Origin: Candidatus Rokuibacteriota bacterium
GTDB lineage: Bacteria; Methylomirabilota; Methylomirabilia; Rokubacteriales; DASRDR01
Length of the DNA stretch: 16,123 nucleotides
Assembly: GCA_044866005.1 (NCBI GenBank)
Contig: JBIOTN010000213.1
Location: 1 to 16,123, forward strand
Reading direction: 5' to 3'
In this document: piece by piece, positions 8,994 to 16,123 of the stretch
How the letters are laid out: every line of letters starts with the position of its first letter
Position numbering within the stretch: the first letter of the stretch is position 1
Made by a program: the position numbers and the translations under genes
The notes under the pieces: model-generated
What the model was told of the DNA's origin: nothing
The model's input: the letters and a program-made list of their open reading frames with translations, nothing else
Databases searched by the model: none

Positions 8994-9006
8994 CCGTACG
9001 TGTCAA
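8978..9006 (-). promoter_or_regulatory. Putative sigma70 promoter for the catabolic operon
   Basis: Minus strand reads TTGACA-N17-CAAGAT in the intergenic region between divergent genes. Confidence 0.55.
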
Positions 9007-9071
9007 GCCACTTTCGGAGTCAGATCACCGCGGCCGGCCTGCCGGATGGGGCCGCCGCTCAGGAGGGACCC

Positions 9072-9599
9072 ATGAAGAGCCGGTCGATGTCCCGAGCCGA
9101 GATGCTGACGCGCGTGGCCCGCTTCGAGGCGCTCGGCTCGAGCGCGCGCGCCTTCGTCGACACGCTGATCCCCGGGCACGAGCGCGAGATCTACAACGTC
9201 ATCGGCCACGGCGTCACCGAGGACTCGACGCTGAAGCCCGCCATCACCGACGTCGAGAGCTTCAACATGACGCTGGTCAAGGCCTCCCCGGGCAAAGGCG
9301 CGGCGCTGCACTCCCATCCCACCGTCGAGGTGTTCATGCCGCTGTCCGGCCGCTGGGCCGTCTACTGGGGCGACGACGGGAGCGAGGAGGTCATGCTGGA
9401 CCGCTGGGACGTCATCTCGGTACCGCCCGGGGTGATGCGGGGGTTCCGCAACGCCGGAACCGAGGACGGCTATCTGCTGGCGATCCTCGGCGGTACTGAT
9501 GCGGGCCGGGTTACCTGGGCCCAGCAGGTGCTCGAGCGGGCGAAGAACACCGGTCTGTCCCTCGACGCGCACGGCAACCTGGTGCGGGCCGCGGGCTGA
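9072..9599 (+). CDS. Cupin domain protein
   Basis: AGGAGGG RBS then ATG 9072. Motifs PGKGAALHSHPTVEVFMPLSGRW and L.RWDVISVPPGVMRGFRN.G. Confidence 0.88.
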   Translation: MKSRSMSRAEMLTRVARFEALGSSARAFVDTLIPGHEREIYNVIGHGVTEDSTLKPAITDVESFNMTLVKASPGKGAALHSHPTVEVFMPLSGRWAVYWGDDGSEEVMLDRWDVISVPPGVMRGFRNAGTEDGYLLAILGGTDAGRVTWAQQVLERAKNTGLSLDAHGNLVRAAG

Positions 9600-9611
9600 C
9601 GGAGCCCGTCC

Positions 9612-10592
9612 TCAGGGATTGATCACCTCGTCCGCCCGTAGCAGCACCGACGGCGGGATCGTCAGGCCGAGGGCCTTCGCCGTCCTGAGGTTCACCACCA
9701 GCTCGAACTTCGTGGGCTGCTCGACGGGCAGGTCGGCCGGCTTTGCACCTTTGAGGATCTTGTCCACGTAGGTGGCGGCGCGCCGGACGTTCTCGCGAAG
9801 GTTGGCCCCATACGCCATGAGGCTCCCCGCCTCGGCGAACTCCCTCTGCGCGGCCATCGCCGGCAGGCGGCTCCCCAGCGCACTCTCCGCGATCCGTCTT
9901 CGCTGTTCGAAAAACATCGCGTCACCGAGGATGATGAGTGCGCCGGCCTTCTGTCTCGTCATCGCCGAGAAGGCACGGGCGAGATCGCTTGGCGCCCGCG
10001 CTTCCAGGATTCGAAGCTGCACGTCCACCGATCGCGCCGCGGCCTCAGCCTCTCTGGACATGCGCCCATGGATTGGATTGCTCGGATTCGAGAGGACGGC
10101 CACGCGGGAGATTCTGGGAACGGCCTCCTTGAGCAGCTGAAGGTGTTTGCCGAACAGCTCTGGAGTGACGATGGAGAGTCCCGTGACGTTCCCACCCGGC
10201 CTCGCGAGGCTCGCGACGAGCCCACTCCCTACCGGATCGCCATGGTTGGTAATGACGATGGGGATCGTCGACGTGGCGCGCCTGGCCGCAATGGGCGCCG
10301 GCGTGCCGCCCGCCACGATGACGTCCACGTCGAGACGAACCAGTTCGGCCGCGAGGTCGAGAAGGCGCTCGTACCTGCCCTCCGCCGAGCGGTACTCGAC
10401 GACGAGGTTCTGTCCCTCCCGGTAGCCCAGCTCGCGCAGACCCTCGCGGAACGCGGCGAGGAGATCCACGGGTATGGCGATGTTCGTGAGAAACCCCACC
10501 CGCGCCACCTTCCTGGCCGGCTGCGCCCCGGCGGCGAGCGGCGCGGCGAGGAGCGCCAGCGCGAGGGTGGAGGCGAGGACGAGCCGGCTCAC
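9612..10592 (-). CDS. Orphan ABC transporter substrate-binding protein (ABC_sub_bind, Tyr/Trp-binding-like family)
   Basis: Signal peptide ..[96 protein letters not shown] start overlaps the upstream TGA (GTGA). Confidence 0.92.
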   Translation of the reverse strand: MSRLVLASTLALALLAAPLAAGAQPARKVARVGFLTNIAIPVDLLAAFREGLRELGYREGQNLVVEYRSAEGRYERLLDLAAELVRLDVDVIVAGGTPAPIAARRATSTIPIVITNHGDPVGSGLVASLARPGGNVTGLSIVTPELFGKHLQLLKEAVPRISRVAVLSNPSNPIHGRMSREAEAAARSVDVQLRILEARAPSDLARAFSAMTRQKAGALIILGDAMFFEQRRRIAESALGSRLPAMAAQREFAEAGSLMAYGANLRENVRRAATYVDKILKGAKPADLPVEQPTKFELVVNLRTAKALGLTIPPSVLLRADEVINP

Positions 10593-10933
10593 GGGCCCTC
10601 GAGCTCGAAGGCGTCGTGGGAATCGGCGTGGAGGTGCATGCCCGCGATCCCGGCCGACTGGACGTCGCCACTCACGAGGTGGAGGCGGTTGCCGATGACG
10701 CCGCCGGCGAGCCCGTGGCGCGGGACCGGCATCGGCTTCTTCTTCGTCCACCGGTTCGCGCCGGGGTCGTACTCGAAGACGAGTCCGCGGGGGCTCCAGC
10801 CGGGCGCGAGGCCCCCGAAGACGCCGGCTCCGGGAACGGGGCCAGCTTCACCCACTTCCCGGCGACCTGGGGCCTGGGCGGACGTGAGGGCCACCGTCGT
10901 CACGACCCCCAGCGCGAGCGCGAGCCGTCTCAT
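10589..10933 (-). pseudogene. Internally deleted, locally frameshifted secreted Kelch-repeat protein
   Basis: Signal peptide, Kelch pieces VFGGLAPGW...VFEYDPGANRWTKKKPMPVPRHGLAGGVIGNRLHLVSG, and an off-frame Kelch-type segment GKWVKLAPFPEPA at 10822-10860. Only about 114 aa, too short for a propeller. AAGGAG RBS present. Confidence 0.7.
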
Positions 10934-10962
10934 GGTCACTCCTTTGCCTCCGGTGTCGCGGA

Positions 10963-10971
10963 CTCTATCAC
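10963..10971 (-). promoter_or_regulatory. Possible extended -10 promoter for the Kelch remnant and downstream SBP
   Basis: Minus strand TG-A-TAGAG(T), about 30 nt upstream of ATG 10933. Confidence 0.3.
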
Positions 10972-10978
10972 ACGACGC

Positions 10979-12490
10979 TCACCCCGGCGCCGGCCTCACG
11001 ATCTCCCAGAACCTGCGGCTCAGGACGCGGCGCAGCGGCGGGGAGGCGAGGAGCGCGAACGCCAGCAACAGCAGCGTGGCCGAGATGGGGCGCTGGAAGA
11101 AGACGAGCAGGTCCCCGTGCGAGTAGATGAGCGAGCGACGGAGCGAGGCCTCGAGCTCTCGCCCCAGGATCATCGCGAGCACGAGCGGCGCCGGCTCGAA
11201 GTCGAGCCGCCGCATGAGATAGCCGAGGAGGCCGAAGACCACCGTGACCCCGAGATCGAACACGCTGTTGTTCACGCTGTAGGCGCCGACCAGCACGAAC
11301 ACCACGATGAAGGGCGCCAGGATCGCGTACGGCACCCGGAGGAGCCGGACCCACATCCAGACCAGCGGGAGATTGAGCGCGAGCAGCACCACGTTCCCCA
11401 GGTACATGGACGCGATGAGGCCCCAGAAGATGTCCGGGTGCTCCTTGACGAGCAAGGGGCCCGGCCGCACGCCGTGGATCAGGAGCGCGGCGAAGATCAT
11501 CGCGATCGAGGCGTTGCCGGGGATCCCGAGCGTCAGCAACGGGATGAACGAGCCCGTGGCGGCGCTGTTGTTGGCCGACTCGGGTCCCGCCACCCCCTCG
11601 ATGGCCCCGTGGCCGAAGCGCTCCGGGTGGCGGCTCCACCGCTTCTCCACGGCGTAGGAGAGAAACGACGAGATGATCGCCCCCCCGCCGGGCAGGACGC
11701 CGACCAGGAAGCCGAGGAGCGATCCCCGCACGACGGACGGCCCGGCCCGCCGCCACTCGTCGCGGCTCGGCAGGAGGCTTCCGATCCGCGTCCTGAGGAG
11801 GTCCCCCTTGACGGTCCGCTCGGCGTTGACGAGCACCTCCCCGATCCCGAACAGGCCCATCGCGGCCAGGATGAACTCGAACCCCTCGCTGAGCTTGTAG
11901 ACCCCGTAGGTGAACCGCGGGCTGCCCATGATCGGGTCGAGCCCTACCGTCCCGAGCAGGAGGCCGAGGACGGCCATCGTGAGCCCCTTGGTCATCGACG
12001 CCCCCGACAGATACCCCACCATCACCAGGCCGAGGACCAGGAGCGCGAAGTACTCGGGCGGGCCGAACCGGAGCGCGAACGCCGCGAGCGGCGGCGCGAG
12101 GAAGACGAGCCCCACGAGCCCGATGGTCCCCGCGACGAAGGAGCCGATGGCGGCGACGGCGAGCGCGGCGCCCGCCCGTCCCCGCCGCGCCATCTGATAG
12201 CCGTCGAGACACGTGACGACGGAGGCGGCCTCGCCGGGGATGTTGAGCAGGATCGAGGTGGTGGAGCCGCCGTACATCGCCCCGTAGAAGATCCCGGCGA
12301 GCATGATGACCGCGGAGGTGGCGGGGATGCCGTAGGTGACCGGCAGGAGGAGCGCGATCGTGGCCGGCGGCCCCAGGCCGGGCAGGACACCGATGGCGGT
12401 GCCGATGAGGGAGCCGAGCAGGCAGTAGAGGACGTTGCTCGGCGTCAGCGCGACGGCGAAGCCCGTCGCCAGGTCGGTCACCGTCGGCAC
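10979..12490 (-). CDS. tctA: Tripartite tricarboxylate transporter large permease TctA
   Basis: GTAIGVLPGLGP..TIALLLP.T, GAMYGGSTTSILLNIPGE..SVVTC.DGYQMA..GRAG.AL, GVAGPESANN, IPLLTLGIPG, PAPLVLAMILG. Confidence 0.95.
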   Translation of the reverse strand: MPTVTDLATGFAVALTPSNVLYCLLGSLIGTAIGVLPGLGPPATIALLLPVTYGIPATSAVIMLAGIFYGAMYGGSTTSILLNIPGEAASVVTCLDGYQMARRGRAGAALAVAAIGSFVAGTIGLVGLVFLAPPLAAFALRFGPPEYFALLVLGLVMVGYLSGASMTKGLTMAVLGLLLGTVGLDPIMGSPRFTYGVYKLSEGFEFILAAMGLFGIGEVLVNAERTVKGDLLRTRIGSLLPSRDEWRRAGPSVVRGSLLGFLVGVLPGGGAIISSFLSYAVEKRWSRHPERFGHGAIEGVAGPESANNSAATGSFIPLLTLGIPGNASIAMIFAALLIHGVRPGPLLVKEHPDIFWGLIASMYLGNVVLLALNLPLVWMWVRLLRVPYAILAPFIVVFVLVGAYSVNNSVFDLGVTVVFGLLGYLMRRLDFEPAPLVLAMILGRELEASLRRSLIYSHGDLLVFFQRPISATLLLLAFALLASPPLRRVLSRRFWEIVRPAPG

Positions 12491-12535
12491 GGCGCCGGCC
12501 TCAGGGAAACCCGGCCGGCGAGGCCCGGTCGGCCG

Positions 12536-12988
12536 TCACCGGGCGAGGAGCGGCCCCGCCGGCAGCGGGACCTGGAGCCACACGGCAAAGAGGGCATAGG
12601 AGCCGATCGCAGCGACCGCCGCCACGCCGAGCGCCAGCGCCCACCGCTGCGGGTCCACGACCCGCAGCATGAAGAGCGCGAGGAGGAACGTGGAGGCGGG
12701 GTAGCCCAGGGGCTCGACCGCGAGCACGTAGGCCGCCAGGGCGACGAGGAGGCCCAGGGCCTTCCGCGCCCGCCCCCCGGCCTCGCCGCCGCCCGCCGCC
12801 AGCCGCGCCGCGAGCGCTTGCCCGAGCAGGACGACCGCCAGCAGGCCGAGCCACACGCCGGCCCACCACGGGAGGAAGCCGGGGCCGGGGTTGTGGACCG
12901 TGCCGAACGGAAGCTCGCTCGCCTCGTGGACCACGATCGCGGCGAACACGAGCAGGGTGCCCGCCGCGACCGCGTCGCTCCGGTGCAT
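12536..12988 (-). CDS. tctB: Tripartite tricarboxylate transporter small permease TctB
   Basis: About four hydrophobic segments, PGPGFLP, LGY..STFL, F.VWL.VPLPAG. Lies between tctC and tctA. Confidence 0.9.
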   Translation of the reverse strand: MHRSDAVAAGTLLVFAAIVVHEASELPFGTVHNPGPGFLPWWAGVWLGLLAVVLLGQALAARLAAGGGEAGGRARKALGLLVALAAYVLAVEPLGYPASTFLLALFMLRVVDPQRWALALGVAAVAAIGSYALFAVWLQVPLPAGPLLAR

Positions 12989-13049
12989 CGCCTACGTGAA
13001 TTGGCCGGGCCCAGGCCCGAGCAGCGAGGCGACGGGCATCGGGCCGGCC

Positions 13050-14009
13050 TTACTTCGCGCCGGCGACGACCTTGGCGAACGCGTCGTACTCCTGGCGCCA
13101 GGCGGCCTCGAACTCCCTGGCCCCCAGGAAGTGGACCTCGTCCCCGAGCTGCTGGATGAGCGCCTGAAAGGACTTGTCCTGCGACATCTGCCGGAAGGCC
13201 GCCTCGAGCTTCTCCACGACCGCCGGGGGCGTGCCCCTGGGCGCCGCCACCCCGCGCCACTGCGTGAAGAGCACGTCCACGCCCTCTTCCTGGAGCGTCG
13301 GGACGTTCGGGAGCTGCGGGATCCGCTTCGTGTCGCTCACCGCGAGCGCCCGAATCTTGCCCGCGCCGATGTGCGGCAGGAGCTGCGCCGAGAACTGGAA
13401 GCTCGCGTCGGCGTGGCCGCCGAGGACGGCGAGGAGCGCGGGGCCGCCCCCGTCATGGGGGATGTTGTTGTACTCGATCCCGGTCGCCCGCGCCACCATG
13501 CGCATGGGAAAGTCCGCGGCGCCCCACGGCCCGGTGTTCGCGAAGTTGAGCTTCCCCGGGTTCTGCCGAGCCCACTGGATGACCTCGCGGAACGTCTTCC
13601 AGGGCGCGTCCCCCTTGACGGCGAACACGGCGGGACTGTAGTTGATGCGCGCCACCGGGACGAACTGGTCCGGGCCGATCGGCGCCTTCTGGACGAGGGC
13701 GAAGATCGTGTTCGGCCCCGAACCGCCGAACAGCAGCGTGTAGCCGTCGGGCTTGGCCCGGAGGACGTGCTGCGAGCCGACGGCGCCGCCGCCCCCCGGC
13801 TTGAGCACGACCACGAGCGGCTGGCCGAGGTAGGGCTGTGCCACGCCGACCAGCGCGCGGGCCGTCAGGTCGTGGGAGCCTCCCGGGCCGTACGGCAGCA
13901 CCAGCTCGATGGGCTTGGTCGGGAACTCCTGGGCGCGCACGGCGACCCCGGGGCCGAGGAGGCCGGCGAGCGTGACCAGGACCAGCGCCGATCGCACGAA
14001 GCTCCGCAT
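13050..14009 (-). CDS. tctC: Tripartite tricarboxylate transporter substrate-binding protein (TctC/Bug family)
   Basis: Signal peptide, FPTKPIELVLPYGPGGSHDL.AR, KPGGGGAVG, KPDGYTLL, PNVPTLQE.G, WRGVAAPRGTP. GGAGGT RBS; alternative GTG start at 14012. Confidence 0.93.
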   Translation of the reverse strand: MRSFVRSALVLVTLAGLLGPGVAVRAQEFPTKPIELVLPYGPGGSHDLTARALVGVAQPYLGQPLVVVLKPGGGGAVGSQHVLRAKPDGYTLLFGGSGPNTIFALVQKAPIGPDQFVPVARINYSPAVFAVKGDAPWKTFREVIQWARQNPGKLNFANTGPWGAADFPMRMVARATGIEYNNIPHDGGGPALLAVLGGHADASFQFSAQLLPHIGAGKIRALAVSDTKRIPQLPNVPTLQEEGVDVLFTQWRGVAAPRGTPPAVVEKLEAAFRQMSQDKSFQALIQQLGDEVHFLGAREFEAAWRQEYDAFAKVVAGAK

Positions 14010-14089
14010 CACCTACCTCCTCGGGACGCCGGCGCGCCCCCCGGGTCGCGGGCCGATCGCGCCTGGCCGGCCGGCCGACCCGGCGCAGG

Positions 14090-14123
14090 TAACGTACTAT
14101 GCGGCACGCGGGAAACTCAACGG
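14090..14123 (-). promoter_or_regulatory. 34-bp repeated motif, copy 1; sigma70-like promoter upstream of tctC
   Basis: Minus strand CCG-TTGAGT-N18-TACGTT-A; 29/34 identical to 15191-15224. Confidence 0.6.
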
Positions 14124-14182
14124 CGGCCTTGCCCGGCCTCTTCCCGGGACGGGATCGCGGCGACGGCCGGCTGCCCAGAGAC

Positions 14183-15163
14183 TCACTCGATCACGCTGTC
14201 GGCTCGGAACAGGACCGACTGGGGGATCGTGAGACCCAGGAGCCTGGCCGTCCTGAGGTTGATCACGAATTCGAGCTTCGTCGGCCGCTCCACCGGGAGG
14301 TCCCCAGCGTTCGCCCCCTTGAGAATCTTGTCCACGAGCCGGGCCGCTTGCCGGGCGATGTCCGCATCCCTCGCCCCGTAGCTGGCGAGGGCGTCCGTGG
14401 TCGTGGACGATCGGGCGTGGAACATCGTGGGCCGCCCGGCCGCGTTTGCCGCCCGGATGATCTCCTCGTAGTGGCCGGATGTCAGCCCTCCGGGAATCGC
14501 CAGAAAGGCGTCGGCCGCTCGCAAGGCCTCCAGTCCGCGCGTGACGTCTTCGGGGCTGCGGGTTTCCCGCTCCACCAGGGTCAGGCCGAGCTTCGCGGCG
14601 GCGGCCCGCGCCGAGGCGACGCCTTGCCGGGGCGACGCGTCCTTGGGATCGTAGAGGACGAGCACGCGCCGGACGCGGGGTAGCATGTCCGTCAAGAGCT
14701 CGAGCCGCTTGCCGGACAGCTCCGGGTACTCGAACGTCATCCCGGTGAGATTCTTGCCGGGACGCGCCAGGCTGGAGACCAGGCGAGCCGCGACCGGATC
14801 GCCGGGCGTGAGAAACACGATCGGGACGTCCGACGAGACCTCCCGCGCCACCCGGGCGAGCTCCGAGCCGATCACGAAGAGCACCCGGGCGCCCCGACGG
14901 AGAAACCCCTCCACCGTCGTCCGGGCGCCGGTCCGATCCCCTCGCGCGACGCGTCCCTCGAGAATGTCGACGGACCCTTCGGCGTACCCCTGGTCGCGAA
15001 GCCCTTGCTTCAAACCATTCGTGAGCTCATCGAACCGCGGCTCGGCGGGGCCGAGCACGCCGATACGGGAGGGCTGGGCCTCGCCGCGCACGAGCCCCGG
15101 ACCCGCGATCAGCGCGCCAAGGCCGAGGGCAACCAGCATCCCGCCCGCAGTCCTGAGGCGCAT
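14183..15163 (-). CDS. Orphan ABC transporter substrate-binding protein (ABC_sub_bind family), second paralog
   Basis: Signal peptide, [88 protein letters not shown]. Confidence 0.92.
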   Translation of the reverse strand: MRLRTAGGMLVALGLGALIAGPGLVRGEAQPSRIGVLGPAEPRFDELTNGLKQGLRDQGYAEGSVDILEGRVARGDRTGARTTVEGFLRRGARVLFVIGSELARVAREVSSDVPIVFLTPGDPVAARLVSSLARPGKNLTGMTFEYPELSGKRLELLTDMLPRVRRVLVLYDPKDASPRQGVASARAAAAKLGLTLVERETRSPEDVTRGLEALRAADAFLAIPGGLTSGHYEEIIRAANAAGRPTMFHARSSTTTDALASYGARDADIARQAARLVDKILKGANAGDLPVERPTKLEFVINLRTARLLGLTIPQSVLFRADSVIE

Positions 15164-15190
15164 GTCGTTCGCTCACTCTGCCGGTGCGGC

Positions 15191-15224
15191 TAACGTACTA
15201 CGTGGCGCTCGGAAAACTCAACGG
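15191..15224 (-). promoter_or_regulatory. 34-bp repeated motif, copy 2; sigma70-like promoter upstream of the SBP gene
   Basis: Minus strand CCG-TTGAGT-N18-TACGTT-A; 29/34 identical to 14090-14123. Confidence 0.6.
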
Positions 15225-15250
15225 GCCCGCTGGGGCGGCTCTCTCCGGAC

Positions 15251-15289
15251 GACCCACTGGATCACGCGGTCCGCGCGCACGGGGACGGC
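15251..15289 (-). pseudogene. Short 3'-terminal remnant of a third ABC_sub_bind SBP gene
   Basis: Translates as AVPVRADRVIQ followed by TGG where the paralog has [14 protein letters not shown]. 15251-15277 matches 14180-14206 at 22/27 nt. Confidence 0.6.
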
Positions 15290-15330
15290 GCCGCACGAGG
15301 ATGCAGTCGCCCGGTCGGCGCGCGCCGAGG

Positions 15331-15579
15331 TCAGTTCGAGCGGCGCCGCGCCTGATGTGCTGGGCGCTCCCGAGCTCGCTGTCCGCGGGGGTCGTACGGC
15401 GCGATGAGGCCGCGCCGGCGCAGATCCGAGGTCTTGTGGATGACGTAGGCTCGCGATATGCCCAGGCGGGCGGCAATCCGGGCCGGTGTGCCGCCTCGCC
15501 GGAAGGCGGCAAGGAACTCGTCGTCGTCCACGCGCCGTCGCTTGCTCGGCCGCGGTCGGGCTACCGTCGGGACGGGCAC
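15331..15579 (-). CDS. Small basic helix-turn-helix DNA-binding protein (putative)
   Basis: GTPARIAARLGISRAYVIHKTSDLRRRGLI fits a winged-HTH pattern (IA..LG.SR..V......L...GLI). Divergent from the OsmC gene. Start is uncertain. Confidence 0.55.
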   Translation of the reverse strand: MPVPTVARPRPSKRRRVDDDEFLAAFRRGGTPARIAARLGISRAYVIHKTSDLRRRGLIAPYDPRGQRARERPAHQARRRSN

Positions 15580-15625
15580 GCCCCGTCGCCGGAACTGCCA
15601 GAGGATCTTTCGGACGAGCTGTGGC

Positions 15626-15655
15626 TTGACAGCCCCGGCGCCGGCGCTTCATAGT
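15626..15655 (+). promoter_or_regulatory. Putative sigma70 promoter of the OsmC-like gene
   Basis: TTGACA-N18-CATAGT ends 13 nt before ATG 15669. No Shine-Dalgarno sequence, suggesting a very short leader. Confidence 0.5.
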
Positions 15656-15668
15656 TCTCTCGCCCGTC

Positions 15669-16123
15669 ATGACCGCCGACCCGACGCCGTCCGGCCTGGA
15701 CCCCACGGTCACCACGCGCGAGGTCGTGTTCACGGTCGACGTCGAAGGGATCACGCCCTTCTTGAAGGTCGCCACGGCCTGCCGGAACGGCGAGGACTGG
15801 CACACCTTCGCCTCGGACGAGGGCCGCCACCTGGGCGGTCTCGGGTCGGCGCCCCCGCCGCTCGCCTACTTCAGCGCCGCGATCGCGTTCTGACTGATGA
15901 CCCAGGTGTCCCGGTACGGGCACATGCTGAAGATGCGGGTGGACAGGGCGCGCATGCACGTCACGGCGCGCTACCGGGTCGACGGCTCGGTGCTGAACGA
16001 CACGGTCCAGGCCCAGATGGTCGGCGTCGAGACGCGGCTCGAGCTCGACTCCCCGGAGCCGCCCGCGAAGGTCGCCCGCCTCGTCCGGAACGCCGAGCGC
16101 GGCTGCTTCGTCATGCAGGCGCT
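15669..16123 (+). CDS. OsmC/Ohr-family protein with in-frame UGA (probable selenocysteine at codon 75); 3' end beyond the window
   Basis: FASDEGRHLGGLGSAPPPLAYFSAAIAF-TGA-LMTQVSRYGHMLKM...ETRLELDSPEPPAKVARLVRNAERGCFVMQA. The frame stays open and OsmC-like after the TGA, and the second conserved Cys is at 16104-16106. Confidence 0.85.
15903..15929 (+). promoter_or_regulatory. Putative bacterial SECIS element
   Basis: Core hairpin GUG-U(bulge)-CCCG-GUA-CGGG-CAC at 15906-15923, 12 nt after the UGA, extendable by CAG/CUG (15903-15905 with 15927-15929). Confidence 0.65.

Noticed and set aside
8872..9006. Longer starts for the left cupin (TTG 9006, ATG 8979)
   Set aside because: They overlap the predicted promoter, while ATG 8871 has a strong GGAGGT RBS.
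14090..15224. The 34-bp repeat as CRISPR repeats, IS ends or integron attC sites
   Set aside because: Only two direct copies about 1.1 kb apart, no spacer array, no transposase, integrase or cas gene, and no attC-like palindrome.
15218..15805. 195-aa minus-strand ORF
   Set aside because: It overlaps the OsmC gene and the HTH ORF; only its last residues (RADRVIQ) are meaningful, as an SBP relic.
15897..16123. Separate gene starting at ATG 15897, or a nonsense pseudogene reading of the OsmC gene
   Set aside because: There is no RBS, it would split the fold at the catalytic residue, and UGA position, UxxT motif and hairpin together favour Sec. Not fully excluded without seeing sel genes.

Overview
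High-GC bacterial DNA, gene-dense and mostly on the minus strand. The mix of Liv-type ABC, TTT and orphan ABC_sub_bind solute-binding genes resembles Rokubacteria/Methylomirabilota-like soil genomes, but this attribution is inference only. (1) 126-8871 is a probable minus-strand catabolic operon. In transcription order it holds a cupin, a Liv-type SBP, a Rid protein without the catalytic Arg, a LivH-type permease, a LivM-LivG fusion (no LivF in the operon), an M24 hydrolase with Cys in a metal-ligand Asp position, an ATP-grasp plus His-swivel phosphotransferase without a substrate domain, and a 2,6-dihydroxypyridine-hydroxylase-like FAD monooxygenase. A second cupin is transcribed divergently (9072-9599). 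(2) 9612-15163 holds two orphan ABC_sub_bind SBP genes, a collapsed and frameshifted Kelch gene, and a tctCBA-type transporter. The second SBP sits between two copies of an imperfect repeat made of an SBP 3' end plus a 34-bp promoter-like motif. (3) At the right end are a small HTH ORF and a divergent OsmC/Ohr-family gene. Its in-frame TGA (15891-15893) falls at the expected catalytic Cys position in a UxxT motif and is followed by a SECIS-like hairpin, so it is very likely a selenoprotein that the ORF track truncates. No rRNA, tRNA, CRISPR array or transposase was recognised.
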